Shown: positions 1 through 12,680 of the stretch, piece by piece
How positions within the stretch are numbered: position 1 is the first letter of the stretch
Layout: every line of letters starts with the position of its first letter
Source: Podarcis tiliguerta
Lineage: Eukaryota
Length of the DNA stretch: 64,000 nt
NCBI GenBank assembly: GCA_965153285.1
Contig: OZ229117.1
Reading direction: 5' to 3' (one strand)
Notes under the pieces: generated by a model
Told to the model about the DNA's origin: nothing
What the model saw: the letters and a program-made list of their open reading frames with translations, nothing else
The model's database searches: none
Made by a program: the position numbers and the translations under genes

Positions 1-1185
1 GGGCCCCAGTAGAAACATACTTGTGCAAGAAGGCCCAAGATGTTGGCTAAACCCTGGAGATTAGGGCCTGGAAGACTGCAGTCTGCATGTGGGTGAGCCC
101 ATTTGTTGTGTTCTGAGGTCAAGGGCTTTATCTCTCTTTAAGGGGCCTCTGCCAAGCTCCTCGAGTCATCACAATACAAGCTCTCTCGGTACCCTTTTAG
201 TCATACCTGATAAGGTGCCAGGCAGGAATGGCAGAATCGGAAGGATGTTTGGTCCCTGCACCACACTATCATGGCGGCCCAAAGTTTGGCTGCTTCTGCA
301 GAGGTGCAATTTCACACACGTTCTGTGGACCCAACTCTACTTTTTTACTCTGCGTGGAAGTTCGTTTTCTGTTGGGTCATTGGGGTGAATGGCAGGCAAT
401 AAATTAGTAATAATAATAAAATGTGGGATGCTGATGCTGATAATGAAATAACGTTCATACCAATGCACAGTGCCCAGATAAAGTTTTCAGATAAAAGCGC
501 CACCATTTCCTTTGGGTGGTGGTCACTTGAGGGTTCCCCCACAATTAATGTCATCATTTTTGTGCAGAATTCAACTTTCATTCAAAAGTAAGACAAATTT
601 CAAGGCCCTTATGGTGGTGAAGAAGCCATCATGCCCCCCCTCCCCCGGGCAGTTCTCGCCTCAGGTGGGCTCGCGTAAGGTTTCTGTTGGTCAGGATTTG
701 GGGCTTCAGTGCCTCACATAAATTATGCAAAGTAAACACATTTGTTGAACTTGCACAAGCTGCAGAATTCATTCTTTGCAGAATTCATCTTCTTGAATGC
801 AGAATTCAGCATTATACACACTCCCTCTCTGCCCTCATGGAGAATATGCAGCTGTTTCTGAGAGCCTGTTCTTTTTTGGAATCATTCATTCCAGGAGGAA
901 TTGGTTCACAGCTGATGGTCATCTCTCTCTTGCTAATATTTGGGAGACTTAGGGGAAGTGTTGCTGGATGCTGTAAGACTGGCTGTCTGATCACCTGTGG
1001 AGAGTGAGAATCTCCCCTAGGGGATCAGCTGGGTGTTTTTATTAAGATATGTCACCGATTAAGCTGGCAGGTTGGCTGTGGCATCCAATGCATGCTCAAC
1101 CTAGAAGGGGAGGGGGAAAATAAAGAACTACAAAATGCCAAACCAGTGGCAGAGGACCCCACTGTTGGAGGGCAAGAATGCTAGA

Positions 1186-1443
1186 GCAGAGGTGGGTAAT
1201 CTCAGGCCTGGGGGCAGAATGCAACCTTTTAGGATTCTCTGTCTGACCCCCAGGACTCTCCCTAGGCCTAGGCCTCTCCTCAGGCCACACACTCTTTCCC
1301 CTAGGCTACACCCCTCACTGGCTCTGTTTCGTGTCCTCATCTGGTATTGACTTTGGCCCCACCCACAACCGGCATGTGGCCCCTGGGAGGCTCCTCAATG
1401 GGAAAACTGGCTCTTGGGCTGGGGGAAACTAATCCCCTTCCCT
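1186..1443. mobile_element. Decayed non-autonomous hAT-like DNA transposon (MITE)
   Basis: CAGAGGTGGGTAATC-like start, GGCCC-rich subterminal motifs, TCCCCTTCCCTC-like end; a related 3' fragment lies near 31490-31575. Confidence 0.45.
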
Positions 1444-2941
1444 CGTGCTTTAGAGCACTTCAGGCAAGACACAAAATTTGTCAGAAGGTCTGGCAAGGCA
1501 TTTGGAACAGTTGCACTTTATAGCACGGCTGCCCCCTTCCCTTGCTGATCAGCACAGGCTGCTCTGTCCTGGTGTGCTCAGTTGTTGAAGGAAAGTTGGG
1601 GGTGCTGGGCACAAGGTGTGTCTGTAGTCCGAAAGTGAGGGCCACCTTGGGTTTCTAACCAGAGAGCGGCTAGCAATGTGCCCTCAAGTTCCCATGCGTG
1701 TTGCGGGGCCAGGCTGTTTTGCACAAAGTGTCCCGTCACTGTCAGAGTTACCCCTTGTGAATTTTCAAGCACGCACAACATGTAAGAGAAGGGTGTGCTG
1801 TTCCTGAATTGAAAACGTATAGGATGCCGTGTGATGGTTAGCGACTTGGAGGGCTTTGAAAGATTAGAGTCATTTGTGAAGCGGAACACTGTGGCTACTA
1901 GCTGTGAAGGCTGTGTTCCTCCTCCATTGTTGGAGGCATCATGCTTCAAAATGCTAGCTGCTGTAGACATCAGGTGAGGAGAGCTGGTGTTGCACCCGCG
2001 ACCTGCTTGTAGGCTTCCCATAGGAAATCTAATCCAGCAGGGATGCTCTTACGTTCTGCTTCCCTGTGCATGCAGCCCATGGCCCACCTATGACTCTGCC
2101 TCCATTTTGCCTCTTCTGTCAGCATTACTGCTGCTGGCAGTGTTTTCTGCTAGTCTACCAGGGGAGTTCCACCAGCGTAGGTGTCACAACAGTGTCACAC
2201 CTTGCAGTGCTTCTGCTAAATCGGAATAGCCCTCAGCTGGCAGATGTTAAACACCTGATTGTGCCCTAGCATCATGATCCTATGCATCTTTACTCCAGAG
2301 TAAGTCCTGTTGAGCTACTCCCAAGGATCTGTGCATACAACGGTTGCCTAATTCTGCATTGAACCCAGCTGGTTTTACTTCTGAGTAAACACATGGATGC
2401 TTGGGCTGCACGAAGGGAAACTTTAATATAGGTCACAAATTATGAACCATGTGGAGCGGTGTGCTACCAAAAATGTTTTAAGTAGGTCTGGTCATTTTCA
2501 TTTTGAAAATCTGGGCTTTGAAATCTGGAGAGATGTTTGGTGCTGTGCTGTGCTGTGCTGTTCCCCCAATTTTTAAAAAGAATTTTCTTAGCGTAGGACT
2601 CAGAGAAGGCTTTCTGGGACTGTCGGTAAGCAATAAGCTTACTCCAGGTCATAAGGAAAGAAGCATATGTTAAATTTGCTTTTATAACGTGTATTCTCAT
2701 TCTCTTGCTTTAAAAATAAATAAATTCCTGGAATGATCTATCTTTATTTCCTGTTCTCTCCTCATCCACCTTTACGGGGAAAGCTCAGTACAACATGATG
2801 GGATCTAGTTGTGTGTACAAAGAATTCAGATATGAAACACTGCCAAAATATGAAATGCTGTCAGCAAGAAAAAGGTCTAAGATTGTATTTGCAAGACAAG
2901 GCAAAGGGCTTTACAGGATGCAGTGGCTTGGTTGCTTGTAG

Positions 2942-3107
2942 GGGGGATCCAGATGAGGAGTATTTTCAGTGTTCCTCCTCCAAAGTGGCTGAGAAGTTGA
3001 ATGCTACTTCTGCGAAACCAGCCATGGACTTTAGGAATAGAGAGAGGGAGAGGGAGATAGCACAGAGGTGCTTTTCACCTTCCTTCCTTCCCCACCCCCT
3101 GTCGCTT
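2942..3107 (+). repeat. Local direct duplication, copy 1
   Basis: Shares the identical 37-nt core GTGTTCCTCCTCCAAAGTGGCTGAGAAGTTGAATGCT and similar flanks with 4002-4176. Confidence 0.9.
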
Positions 3108-4001
3108 GAGGGATTTGCACTGCGTTCTGCTTCCAGGCCAAGTTCAAGGTATTGACGCTAACATAGAAGGGTGCTAAAGCATGAGGCATAATACAGCTCA
3201 GGAACAGGTTGCTCAAGAGACCACCTTAGCTCTTATGTACCTGGTAGATCCCTGCAGTTTGCGGGAAAGTTTCTCCTGCAGATCTCGGCAGCCTGCTCCA
3301 CAGCAATTCGGAGCAGGGCTTTTGGTGTAGCTGCCCCTGTTTTCTGGAACTGCATCCCTTCCGAGATACAACAGGCACCTGCAATTGAAGGCATTTCTGC
3401 TCCAACAAGGTTTCCCAGCTGGGTGAACGGGTATCTGCTATGGGTGGCTACTTCATATCATTTTAAAATGTACCTGTGTTGTTACTTTCTATGTTGTTTT
3501 TAAGCTGTTTTTTTCCACTGTTCTTGTTGCATTTTGTGCATTGCTTTGGGTGGGTGGGTGGAAAGCGATAGATAAATAAATAATACCCCCCCCCAAAAAA
3601 AACCCACCAACCCCCCTTTTAGCTACCTTCCCACCATCAGAATCTATTGCATGAGTGACCTTACTAGAACCGACTAAGATCATCTAGGGAAGCTGATAGA
3701 CTTTAATTTCAAGACTAGAAAGGCAGACTCCTCCGTCACACAAATACGTCATCCCAAAGTGCCATGGTGGACTGCAGGAGGCAGGATTACATGGAAACCA
3801 CCTATGGCCCGGGCTGAACTTGCTCCTCTCCTCTCCTGTTCTTGTGATTTAGATAGAGGTCCTTCTTGCCCCTTGGAACAGGAAGGCAGCCTGTTGAAAT
3901 GCAGAAGGGTGGCACACCTAGTGAATTTCTGAAGTGCGGAGAAACTCCCCTTTATGAAAGTAGTGCATCCAGCCTCCTGTCAAGACAACAGGTTTTTGCC
4001 T

Positions 4002-4176
4002 GGGGGATCCAGATGAGTAGTGTTTTCTGTGTTCCTCCTCCAAAGTGGCTGAGAAGTTGAATGCTGCTTCTGCAAAACCAGCTGTGGATTTCGGGAATAG
4101 AGAAAGAGGAAGGGAGAGAGATAGAGAGAGATAGCAGAGAGGTGCTTTTCACCTTCCCTCCCCATCCCCTGTTGCT
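4002..4176 (+). repeat. Local direct duplication, copy 2
   Basis: See copy 1; the GA-rich middle is expanded in this copy. Confidence 0.9.
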
Positions 4177-4595
4177 TTCCTCTCATTTTCCCTTGAGGGT
4201 TGGCTCCACTTTCCCTTTTATTAGAACAGGACCTAATTGAGGCTCAGTTCTGGGAAGCCAAGTTTGAATCATACTGATCCCGGCGTTCTTCAATGAGAAG
4301 TGGAACTGAGGGGGAAGGACAGACCTGTCATCTTACGGCACCAGACAGGTTGGCAGCTCCCATGGGTGACATCATCACAGCAGTCTGCCAATCAGGATGT
4401 GGTCAGGGAGCCATCCACACACTCGTTTCCACTTCGGGAACCCTAAAGTGTATGTCTGGGGTGGGGGCAGCAAATGTGGTTTTATCCAGGTAGAACCCAC
4501 AGGTCGCTATCCTGTTTGGCCGCGCACAAACACTCAGGCACGCGCATGCCCCCCGCCCGCCTGCACCCCTCCGGTTCACTGCGGACCGGATCAAT

Positions 4596-4799
4596 NNNNN
4601 NNNNNNNNNNNNNNNNNNNNNNNNNNNNNNNNNNNNNNNNNNNNNNNNNNNNNNNNNNNNNNNNNNNNNNNNNNNNNNNNNNNNNNNNNNNNNNNNNNNN
4701 NNNNNNNNNNNNNNNNNNNNNNNNNNNNNNNNNNNNNNNNNNNNNNNNNNNNNNNNNNNNNNNNNNNNNNNNNNNNNNNNNNNNNNNNNNNNNNNNNNN
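4596..4799. other. Assembly gap (204 N)
   Basis: Run of N. Confidence 1.
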
Positions 4800-5455
4800 A
4801 GGGAAAGAATGAGAGGAAGAAAGGAGGGACATTGTTCCATTAGCCCCTTTTAGACTGATTTCCCTGGAGAGAAGTAATGGGGGTTATGGGGGGAGGGAGC
4901 TTTCAAAGACAGGTAACATTAATTTTTAGGATTGAAGGCTTTCTAGGATTGAGACCCTTCCCTGAGGAGCATGGCAGTTGGGCAGCAAAAGAGGAGGAAA
5001 CTTATTAGCTGTTCCGTTGGTGCCACTATCCCGCAAAGACCCTTCTGAGATTAGGACCACAAAGAGAGAGTAAGGCTCCTGTATGTGTCCACATCAGGGA
5101 CACCCACTTGCTGGGCAGACTTGAAAGCAAGGAGCTGGACAACACACACGAAGATGCCGAACATTCTGCACGCAGAGCTTGGACTGATGTGCAGCTGCGG
5201 TGCGATCCGACACCTCTAGGCTTGTGGAGACATTTTGCACAGCAAGGAAGTGCTGCTTAAAGTAGCTAGGTGCGACCTGAGGCACAATCTTGAGTTATTT
5301 AAGCTGCGGCCGCACAGGCAGCATTGATATGCATCAAGCTCCATTCGCTTAATTGGGGATCTCCATAAACCTTAAGAAGGAAACCAGGGGTTTTGCAGAG
5401 CTTCACAAGGACATCCCTGCTCCTACAATTCTTGCATTTGCAGTGCCTCAGTCAA

Positions 5456-5589
5456 AGAATTCTAGAGTTGGAATGGACCACGAGGATCATTTAGTCCAAC
5501 CACCTGCAATGCAGGAATCTTTCACCCAAAGTGGAACTCAAACCCGCAACCCTGAGATTAAGAATCTCATGCTCTAACCAACTGAACTA
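5456..5589 (-). mobile_element. tRNA-Lys(CTT)-headed SINE with CR1-derived tail
   Basis: Reverse complement has AGAGCATGAGATTCTTAATCTCAGGGTTGCGGGTTTGAG (tRNA-Lys-like) followed by the ATTCCTGCATTGCAGGTGGTTGGACTAAATGATCC CR1-type tail. Confidence 0.8.
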
Positions 5590-7083
5590 AGAAGCCTCGC
5601 TGAGGAATTTGCATTACATATGCTACGCTACCTTCTTGTTGTAGCTTCTGTTTACACAGTTCTTGCATTGTCCAGAGAGTGCTTAGCAATCTTTCTGTTT
5701 CTTATACACCCTTATGAGGTAGGCCCCTGCTGTTCCTACTTTAAAGTTGGGGCACCGAGGCCGAATCTCCTCCCCGCCCCCCAAGACTTCATAATGGAGC
5801 CTGGACTTTGGTGGCTGTAGGTCAGCAAGGAAACATTCAGGACTGGGCCTGACATAAGCCAGAAAGTTTCTGCAGAGCTCCCAGCCAGCAAGAAAACTGG
5901 GATGTGAGCCAGCCAAGCAGGACTAAGAATTCCCTGAAGGAGCAAGTCAAGGTGGGGAGTCGCTGCTCTCCTATATTGACTGGGAAGCCGAGGCCTTAGT
6001 CCCAGGCCACACCCAGCTGGATTCCACTGACGTGGTTTTCTGGCAGCTGACACCGTGCGCACCACAGTGCAAATGACGCGTCATGATGAATAGCAGTCAT
6101 AAGTGAGGAGTGTAGACAGTTGTTGTTGTTGTTTTGAAAATGCCCCATTTGGGAAGGTCCTTGACTTGGGATGATGGTCCTGATAGGTTCAAAGCTTCCA
6201 AGCTTCCTCTTCTCTCCGCAGAGGCATGGTTTTCAGCAGAGTTTGGGAACTGGCCTGGAATGGGTGCCCTGGCACCGTGAGCCAAATAGAGGCTGTGTCA
6301 GCTGTCGAGAGAAAGAGAGAATTCCCAAGGCTGGGAAGCGGTTTGAGTTTCCAATCCTGAGGCGGTTTCAGGCTCAGGATAAAAGCCAAGCAGCCCTCGC
6401 AGGCTTGAGTGAGAGTGAGAGGGTGGAGGGAAGAAAGCATTTGGTGCTGCTGCACAGCATGGGGAATGAGACTGGGTGCAAGGGCACCCCAGACTTGGCT
6501 ACCCCTTCCAGTGCCATCCCACAGGGAAGGGCCTTGGCCACAGGGTTCCACTTTTTTTGGGGGGGGGGAGTGATGATTCACACAAACAAATGTGCTTTCC
6601 TTCAAGTGATTGCCCAGGCAAGCAGACTCTTGCAAAAAAAATGTTCTGGATTATCAAATCCTGCTCACTAGCAATTCCCAGATTGAGTGAAAGGTGCACA
6701 TTTTCATTTCAGTAGTCCTGGGAATGTTGATGCCTCTCCCGTGTACACATGCATACAGCAAAAGGGTACAACAGGGAAATGTCCAAGTGCACGTACAGTT
6801 TGCACACATGTTTCCCTGTGTTAACTGCAGCATTGATCAAAATGGATTATTCTGGGGGCATTGGACACCTGAAGGTTAGTGGTGTTATCGAAAAAAGTGT
6901 GAGCTCTCCTGCGAAAAAGATGCATCCTTTTTTCTTTTGCTTTTGGATCTTGTGGACATGGGAAAGAGCAGAGAGGTATCCAGCACACAGGGGTTTCTTT
7001 CCACCTTCTCTTGTGGTCAGAAGTGTGGTTGCATTGGGCCAGATCTTGTTGGAAAGGGTCTGTCTGTATTGTATATTTAATAT

Positions 7084-7236
7084 AATTGTAGAGTCAGAAG
7101 AGACCCCAAGGGTCATCTAGTCCAACCCACTGCAATGCAGGAATCTCAACATGTGCTTCCCCATCCGGTTTGAAACCATACCGGACCCTGCTTAGCTTTG
7201 CAAATGTGCTAGCAGTTTTATTGCTACACCATCAGG
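7084..7236 (-). mobile_element. 5S rRNA-derived (SINE3-type) element with CR1-derived tail
   Basis: 7160-7198 reverse complement AAGCTAAGCAGGGTCCGGTATGGTTTCAAACCGGATGGG aligns without gaps (30/39 by hand) to the vertebrate 5S internal control region; joined to the CR1 tail at about 7084-7150. Confidence 0.75.
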
Positions 7237-8133
7237 TCTTATCTTTCTCTTCTTTGAAATGGTGTTGGAAGTCTGTTGAACATAGATTTGCTCCAACTGT
7301 TGCAATTTTCCATTTGGTCTTACTACCTTTTCCAGGTATGCATCTTAACACCCAGTTCACAGTGTGAAAGTTTGAAGGCATCACTACTGAGCAATCATAT
7401 AAAGCATTGGGAGTGGGGTGCCCTTTGTCCTTAAATAGGCTCCAGATGTCCTTTGCCTTTTTCCTGCCGTTTCTAAAAGAGGGGGGAGAAACTTTACTCT
7501 CTTGTTTACTACTTGTTTAGAAAAGAGGAGCGCCATAGCACTTCTGCAAGAAAGTCATCCGCCTCTAAAGAAATTTAATTAAACGAAGTTTCAAGAAATA
7601 CTGGTGATAGAGCAAGTAGGTTGTTGCTCATTGCTGGCGATGATACATGCACTGTCCAATTGGGACCCACAGCACCATCCCGGGCACGTTCCATAAACAT
7701 TTGCAATGGATGTGATGTCTGGTGGCCATAAGAGGGAACAGCACTTTCCCTCTGTCAGATCCTGTGATTTGAGTGTTGAGGAAATGCAATATCCCCACCA
7801 CTGGAAGCACTGACTTGAATTAAGCTCTAGATCCCTATGCAACAAATGAGCGGCAACCGTGCATATATTGCTCTGTAAACTGATATCCTGGAAAGGCCCA
7901 GAGCAGTTTACCGCAGGTGGAGCTTTTTGCAGGCTAACAGCTGACTTCCTCAAACACAGGAGGTGGACCAAGAAGGTATTTGAGATGCAGCACAAAGCAC
8001 CTCTCCTCCTGGAATCTGTGCTGTTGCTTAGAACAGTTTCCAGTTGCAAAGTGCTTGACACATCCTTGAGAGCCAGGTCGATGTTGTCCCCATTTTATGG
8101 CTGGAGACCTAAAGCTGAAAGACAAGTGACTCA

Positions 8134-8328
8134 GGAATATAGGAAGCTGCCTTATACTGAGTCAGGCTGTTGGTCCATGTAGCTCAGAATTGTCTAAACT
8201 GACTGGCAGCAGCTCTCCAGGGTTTCAGGCAAGAAACATTCGCAGTCCTACCTGGAGACATTGCAAATTGAACCTGGGACCTTCTGCATGCAAAGAAAGA
8301 TGGTCTGCCACTGAGCTACAGCTCTTCC
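8134..8328 (-). mobile_element. Squam3-like tRNA-derived SINE
   Basis: Head TAGCTCAGTGGCAGACCATCTTTCTTTGCATGCAGAAGGTCCCAGGTTCAA; tail GACTCAGTATAAGGCAGCTTCCTAT; about 8 related copies in the window. Confidence 0.8.
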
Positions 8329-9659
8329 ATTTGCTTGGAGGCTCTTGCATCATGGTATCATGCATATTCGGCATAAATGATGGTCGCAATAGTTGTTTTT
8401 CATCAGGCACCTTGTATATATTGGTAGTAATAGTTACTGTTGCTACTACTACTTACGACACTAGAATCAAGTGCTAACTAGCATTTATAAGCCAGTCTGC
8501 TGCAGATTACCATTTTTTGCCAACTATGAACATCACCTCTTGCCCAACATGTTTCCGTGGAGTCAGTTCACACATCAATGTGCAATAAAGAGCATTGAAA
8601 ATTAAAGCAGTGTGTGCATGAATGTGAGTTGGCCCTGGATTTTTTCTGGGTCATACCCAAGCTACCAATACTTGGGGCATGCTGGGTGCCATCAGGTTTA
8701 CCAGTGCCAGTTTCTTCCCCCACCCTGACTTCTCTGTCTCCTCACCTCCCCTATTGGCACCTTTTGCCACTTTTGAAACAGGTAGGATCCGGATCTGGAA
8801 CTTGGCAGGTGCCTGGGGGCTCTCTGGAGGACAACGGTTTGTGATGTCACCTGTTTGCTTTATTCATCTTCTCTCTCCCCCACCCCACCCGCCGCTCTCT
8901 CGTTTGTTTTGCTTTGTTTTTGCAAGAACATTTTGTGCCGGCAGATGTGCCAGCTAGCCAAGTTCTGAGAGAGGGTGACTGACGGAGGGTGTTCCAAACT
9001 GGTTTTGGCCTCCGTTCTCTCGGGATGGAGGTGGGTAGGTGGACAACAGAAGGATGCCCCCCCCCCACTTTGGTTGTGCTATGATACAAGTTCACCCCTG
9101 CAGACAATAGTAATGCACAAATATAGTTTAATTACTCTCAGAATAGCCAATAAACTGGAATGTTGTGCAGATGGCCCAGTATAAATCCACCGCTGATACA
9201 CTCTTATTGGGTTGGCGTCATGTTGCAGAAGACACCTGCAGAAAACTCCTCACCGGTCTGGAGGAGCACTCTTAGCTGCCCTCAAGAGTTGTCCTAGAGG
9301 CAGGGCTAAAAGAAAATGAAACCAACATGGCGGCTGTGTATTGCGTGGTAAAACCGTCCTGGCGAAGATGATAATACACTCCCAAAAAAAGCTTTCACAA
9401 TGGCTTCTTGAACAGTGCCTGATCTGCGTCATAGGCAAAGAATGTCCACAATTCAAAATGGCCGCCACTTGAGGGCCCGAAGATGCCCAGAGGCCCTTTC
9501 ACCGCGGTCTCCAAGCCAGCCCACCGCTATGGCTTCTCTGAGCTTTGGTGGGTCATCTTATCTCCCCATCCTTCCTGCATCCGTTTCTCCTTCTCCTCCC
9601 CCCCCCCCCCGCCCAAAGACAAGAGCTGCATCCTCTTAGGGAGATGCAGTTTGTTTTGC

Positions 9660-9795
9660 CAGGGTGACCTGTTTAATCATCTCATTTTCTGGTGGCCGTT
9701 TATTCCTTGTTACCACGGTTACAGCCCCATTAAGGGGAGAAGCAATAAGGCAGTGAGTCAAACAGGTAATAAAAACATTAAAGCCATGTGCGTAT
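9660..9795. promoter_or_regulatory. Putative conserved non-coding enhancer block
   Basis: TE-free; TTTAAT, CCATTAA, TAATAAAA and CATTAAA homeobox-like motifs plus AP-1-like TGAGTCA. Conservation is inferred, not measured. Confidence 0.4.
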
Positions 9796-10056
9796 CGGCA
9801 GGGAGGGCAGAGGGGGCGCAGCGAGACGCAACTGGCCCTTGCCGGGGAGGCAGTCAGGTCGGTGCTGGGGTGGGCAGAGGGAGGAGAGCAGTTAGGAAGT
9901 GCAGGGTGACTTATCCAGACTCAAGGGGAATGTGGTTTTTGTTTGTTGGTTTGTTGGTTTTTTAAAGCCACCGTTGCAGTGTTTTGTCTATGAAAGCCAG
10001 TTCCCAAGGTTATGCCCTCTGTAAAGTGACCAAGCCACGGAGATCAGCAACACAGG

Positions 10057-10280
10057 AAACTTGCCTAACACCAAATCAGATCCTTGGTCCATCTAGCTCA
10101 GTATCGCATACACTGGCAGGCAGGAGTCTCTCCCAGCCCTATCTGGAGATGCCATCGGGGATGGAACGGTGGGTAGGGGGTGGTATAAAATTATTATTAT
10201 TGTCCTCATTATCATTAACAACAGCAACAACAACAATATCCTGGGACCTTCTGCATGCAAAGCAGATGCTTGACCACCGC
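10057..10280 (-). mobile_element. Squam3-like SINE interrupted by about 80 nt of other sequence
   Basis: Body at 10057-10160 and head at 10241-10280 both match the family. Confidence 0.6.
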
Positions 10281-10824
10281 ATTGTAATGGTACTTCTCAA
10301 TGGGGATGGTTGGGGCTATAAGGAATCAGGAGCAGCGTTGGCTCTCAATAGCTCCCATACAGTTGCATGGAACAAAGTTAAGTTGACTGCTGTCTGGAAC
10401 GCAGGCTGAGATTTGCCTGGGCATCATGGGCACTGAATGAAGCCCCCTGCTGCTGAGTTTTCCTCCTTTCCTTACTCCCATAGAAGTGAATGGGTGCCGT
10501 TCATGTCTCTGGGGGAAAACAGACCTCAGCACTGGGGAACATTGCTCTCACTGGGGAAAATGAGGGTCTTAGCCAACTAAGTCCTACTCTGAATAGGCTC
10601 ACTGAAGTTGATGGAGAAAACTAATTTAGATCTGTGTTTCTTTGAGGTGGGGGTCAGAATACAATGTATTGCCTTGTTTAGTAGCTATTGCCTGCTAAAC
10701 AGCTGGGGATGGCATAGAAGATGGTGGAGGGACCTGAACTCCGCATTTGTCCATGCTATGGGGAATGCAGGTCTGCTTTGGGTGGGGGTATCCATTGCAT
10801 AGCGATTTATAAACAATGAAGATT

Positions 10825-10950
10825 GTCTGAGTTTCGCCTCACCTTGCTTTATATCTGTAAAATGGGGAGAATGGCACCAGCCTTTGTCCTCCCAGGGTTG
10901 ACTTGAGGATAAGTTAATTAAAAGATTGTGCAATGCTTGGATGCTTTGCT
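10825..10950 (+). mobile_element. MIR/CORE-like SINE remnant
   Basis: ATCTGTAAAATGGGGA core and GAGGATAAGTTAAT-like motif. Confidence 0.5.
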
Positions 10951-11640
10951 AATTGTGAGGGGGAGGGGGAGAGAATGAGGGAGGGATAAGTATCTTAGTC
11001 AAACACACAAGAGCATCCGTCCAAGGACATGAGTCTCTTGTAAACTATGGAGTCGTCTTAGCATGGCACTTAGCACTTCTGGATTTCATCTTCCATACAG
11101 AGCTGCGTTTTCAAAATCCAAGGCTTGCCTCCCCACAGAAACAATGGGAAGGAAAAAATTGAGAGGGTAACTGGGTTGGTATGTTGCTGCAAAAAACAAC
11201 TAAGGCCCTTGTTATACCTTCAAGCTTAACAGTGTCTTTGCCGTCCAATCTTTTGTAGATTAGAGTCCACTTTATCCGCAATGTAAGACGACCATTAACT
11301 CAAAATGAACAGATGAGTTAATTTTTCTGTCTCCACCCTTGACCTGTTAGGCGGTTTGGTTTTTAAATATATATATTTTGTATTTAAAAAATCGTTGCTG
11401 TTCTTTTGAGCTTTGTAGCGGCTTCCACCCCCCACCTCGACTTCTTGTTTTATCAGAAAACAAATTTGCGGTGAGTCCTGAGAAAAGGAGTCAGAGTGCT
11501 AAGCAAATATTCAGCGTGTAAATGAGCGCTGCGACCTTGAGAGGAGGCAGTTGGAGGAGGGGCAGATAGGCAGGAAAGAGGAAAACTTGGAAATTTTTGA
11601 AAACGGAAAACACGTTTGCAGTGGAGTGTTGGGCAACTCA

Positions 11641-11733
11641 TAGAAGAGTTGGAAGGGGCACGAGGGTCATCTAGTCCACCCCCCGGGCAATGCAGGAATC
11701 TTTACCCCAACGTCGGGCTCAAACCCACAACCC
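11641..11733 (-). mobile_element. Truncated tRNA-Lys/CR1-tail SINE
   Basis: GAGTTGGAAGGGGCACGAGGGTCATCTAGTCC...GCAATGCAGGAATC...GGGCTCAAACCCACAACCC. Confidence 0.7.
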
Positions 11734-12139
11734 ACCCAGTTCAGATCCTCCCTTTGTAGCTACTGCGTTGTATTGATTTATTTCTAAGGGCATTCCCTTC
11801 CTGCCATGATTAATATAGGCTCCTTTCCCCCCATCCTCATTGATCCCTCATTGATTCCTGAGACATCCCTCTGAGGTCAAGCCACAACTGAACACGTTTC
11901 ACAGACTCGAAAACTGAGTCTGGATTTTGTCCACCCACCCACCCAATGTAGTTATGTGTCATTATAGAATACAGGTACAGTATGAGGAATATACCCTTCA
12001 GTGTTTTCCTCACTTGAGACTCTCCTTTGCCATGGAAAACTAGAGAGCCAGGAACAGGACTATATCCTAGCCTTCTTTCTCTTTTAATTTTCTTTACGCA
12101 GGGGTTTTTTTTTTTTTGTTTTGTTTCGTTTTTTAATGT

Positions 12140-12370
12140 AATCTCCTGAAACAGCAGCCTGAGCTGTCTCTGCCATGTGATTTATGTGCTCATGTTGATA
12201 AGCTATAACGCAGGTCCTAGGACATTCAAGCCCAAGTCCAATTTTTTATTCAACACAGCAGGGTTGTTGTTCTTTTGTGATGCTAATAAAAGCAAGTTTC
12301 TGAAGCTCGCTGGTTGCTTTTTTTCAGTTGCAATTTGCTGTGCTGGGTTGCTGTTTTAATAATCTGCCTC
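12140..12370. promoter_or_regulatory. Putative conserved non-coding block
   Basis: TGATTTAT (PBX-HOX-like), TGATAA (GATA), CTAATAAAA and TTTAATAATC motifs in TE-free sequence. Confidence 0.35.
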
Positions 12371-12498
12371 TGTCCCACAGTTCCAAAGAAGCTTTGAATT
12401 CTAATTTCCCTGTACTAAAGATGGAGCAAAAATTTATTAGCTCCAGTAGGAAACAAATGCCCTTCTTGTTCTTTCTTTTCTGTTAGCAAGTTCTTTTA

Positions 12499-12680
12499 GA
12501 CAAAGTCAGACTATTGCTCCATTTAGCTCAGTGATGCCAACACTGACTGGCAGCAGCTCTCTGGGGCTTCAGAGAGAGGGAGTCTCTCCCAGCCCCACCT
12601 GGAGATGCCATAGGGGACTAAACCTGGCACCTTCTGCAGGCAGAACAGGTGCTCTTGCCACTAAGCTGCAGCCCTTCCCC
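12499..12680 (-). mobile_element. Squam3-like SINE
   Basis: Family match (GACTGGCAGCAGCTCTC, CTGGAGATGCC, ACCTTCTGCA). Confidence 0.75.

Noticed and set aside
4397-4843. ORFs spanning N gaps (also near 25.0, 27.5 and 37.2 kb)
   Set aside because: Length is an artefact of untranslatable N runs.
6222-6276. 55-nt exon-like segment (TCTCTCCGCAG...ACC|GTGAGC) with two ATGs, considered as the CASZ1 start exon
   Set aside because: Does not encode MDLGT; its ATGs exit in phase 0 and phase 2, not the required phase 1.
7160-7198. 5S rRNA gene
   Set aside because: Only about 39 nt of the internal control region match; the rest of 5S is absent.
11160-11280. Possible Penelope-like fragments (also about 53300-53420 and 62780-62870)
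   Set aside because: Resemblance too decayed to support without a library search.
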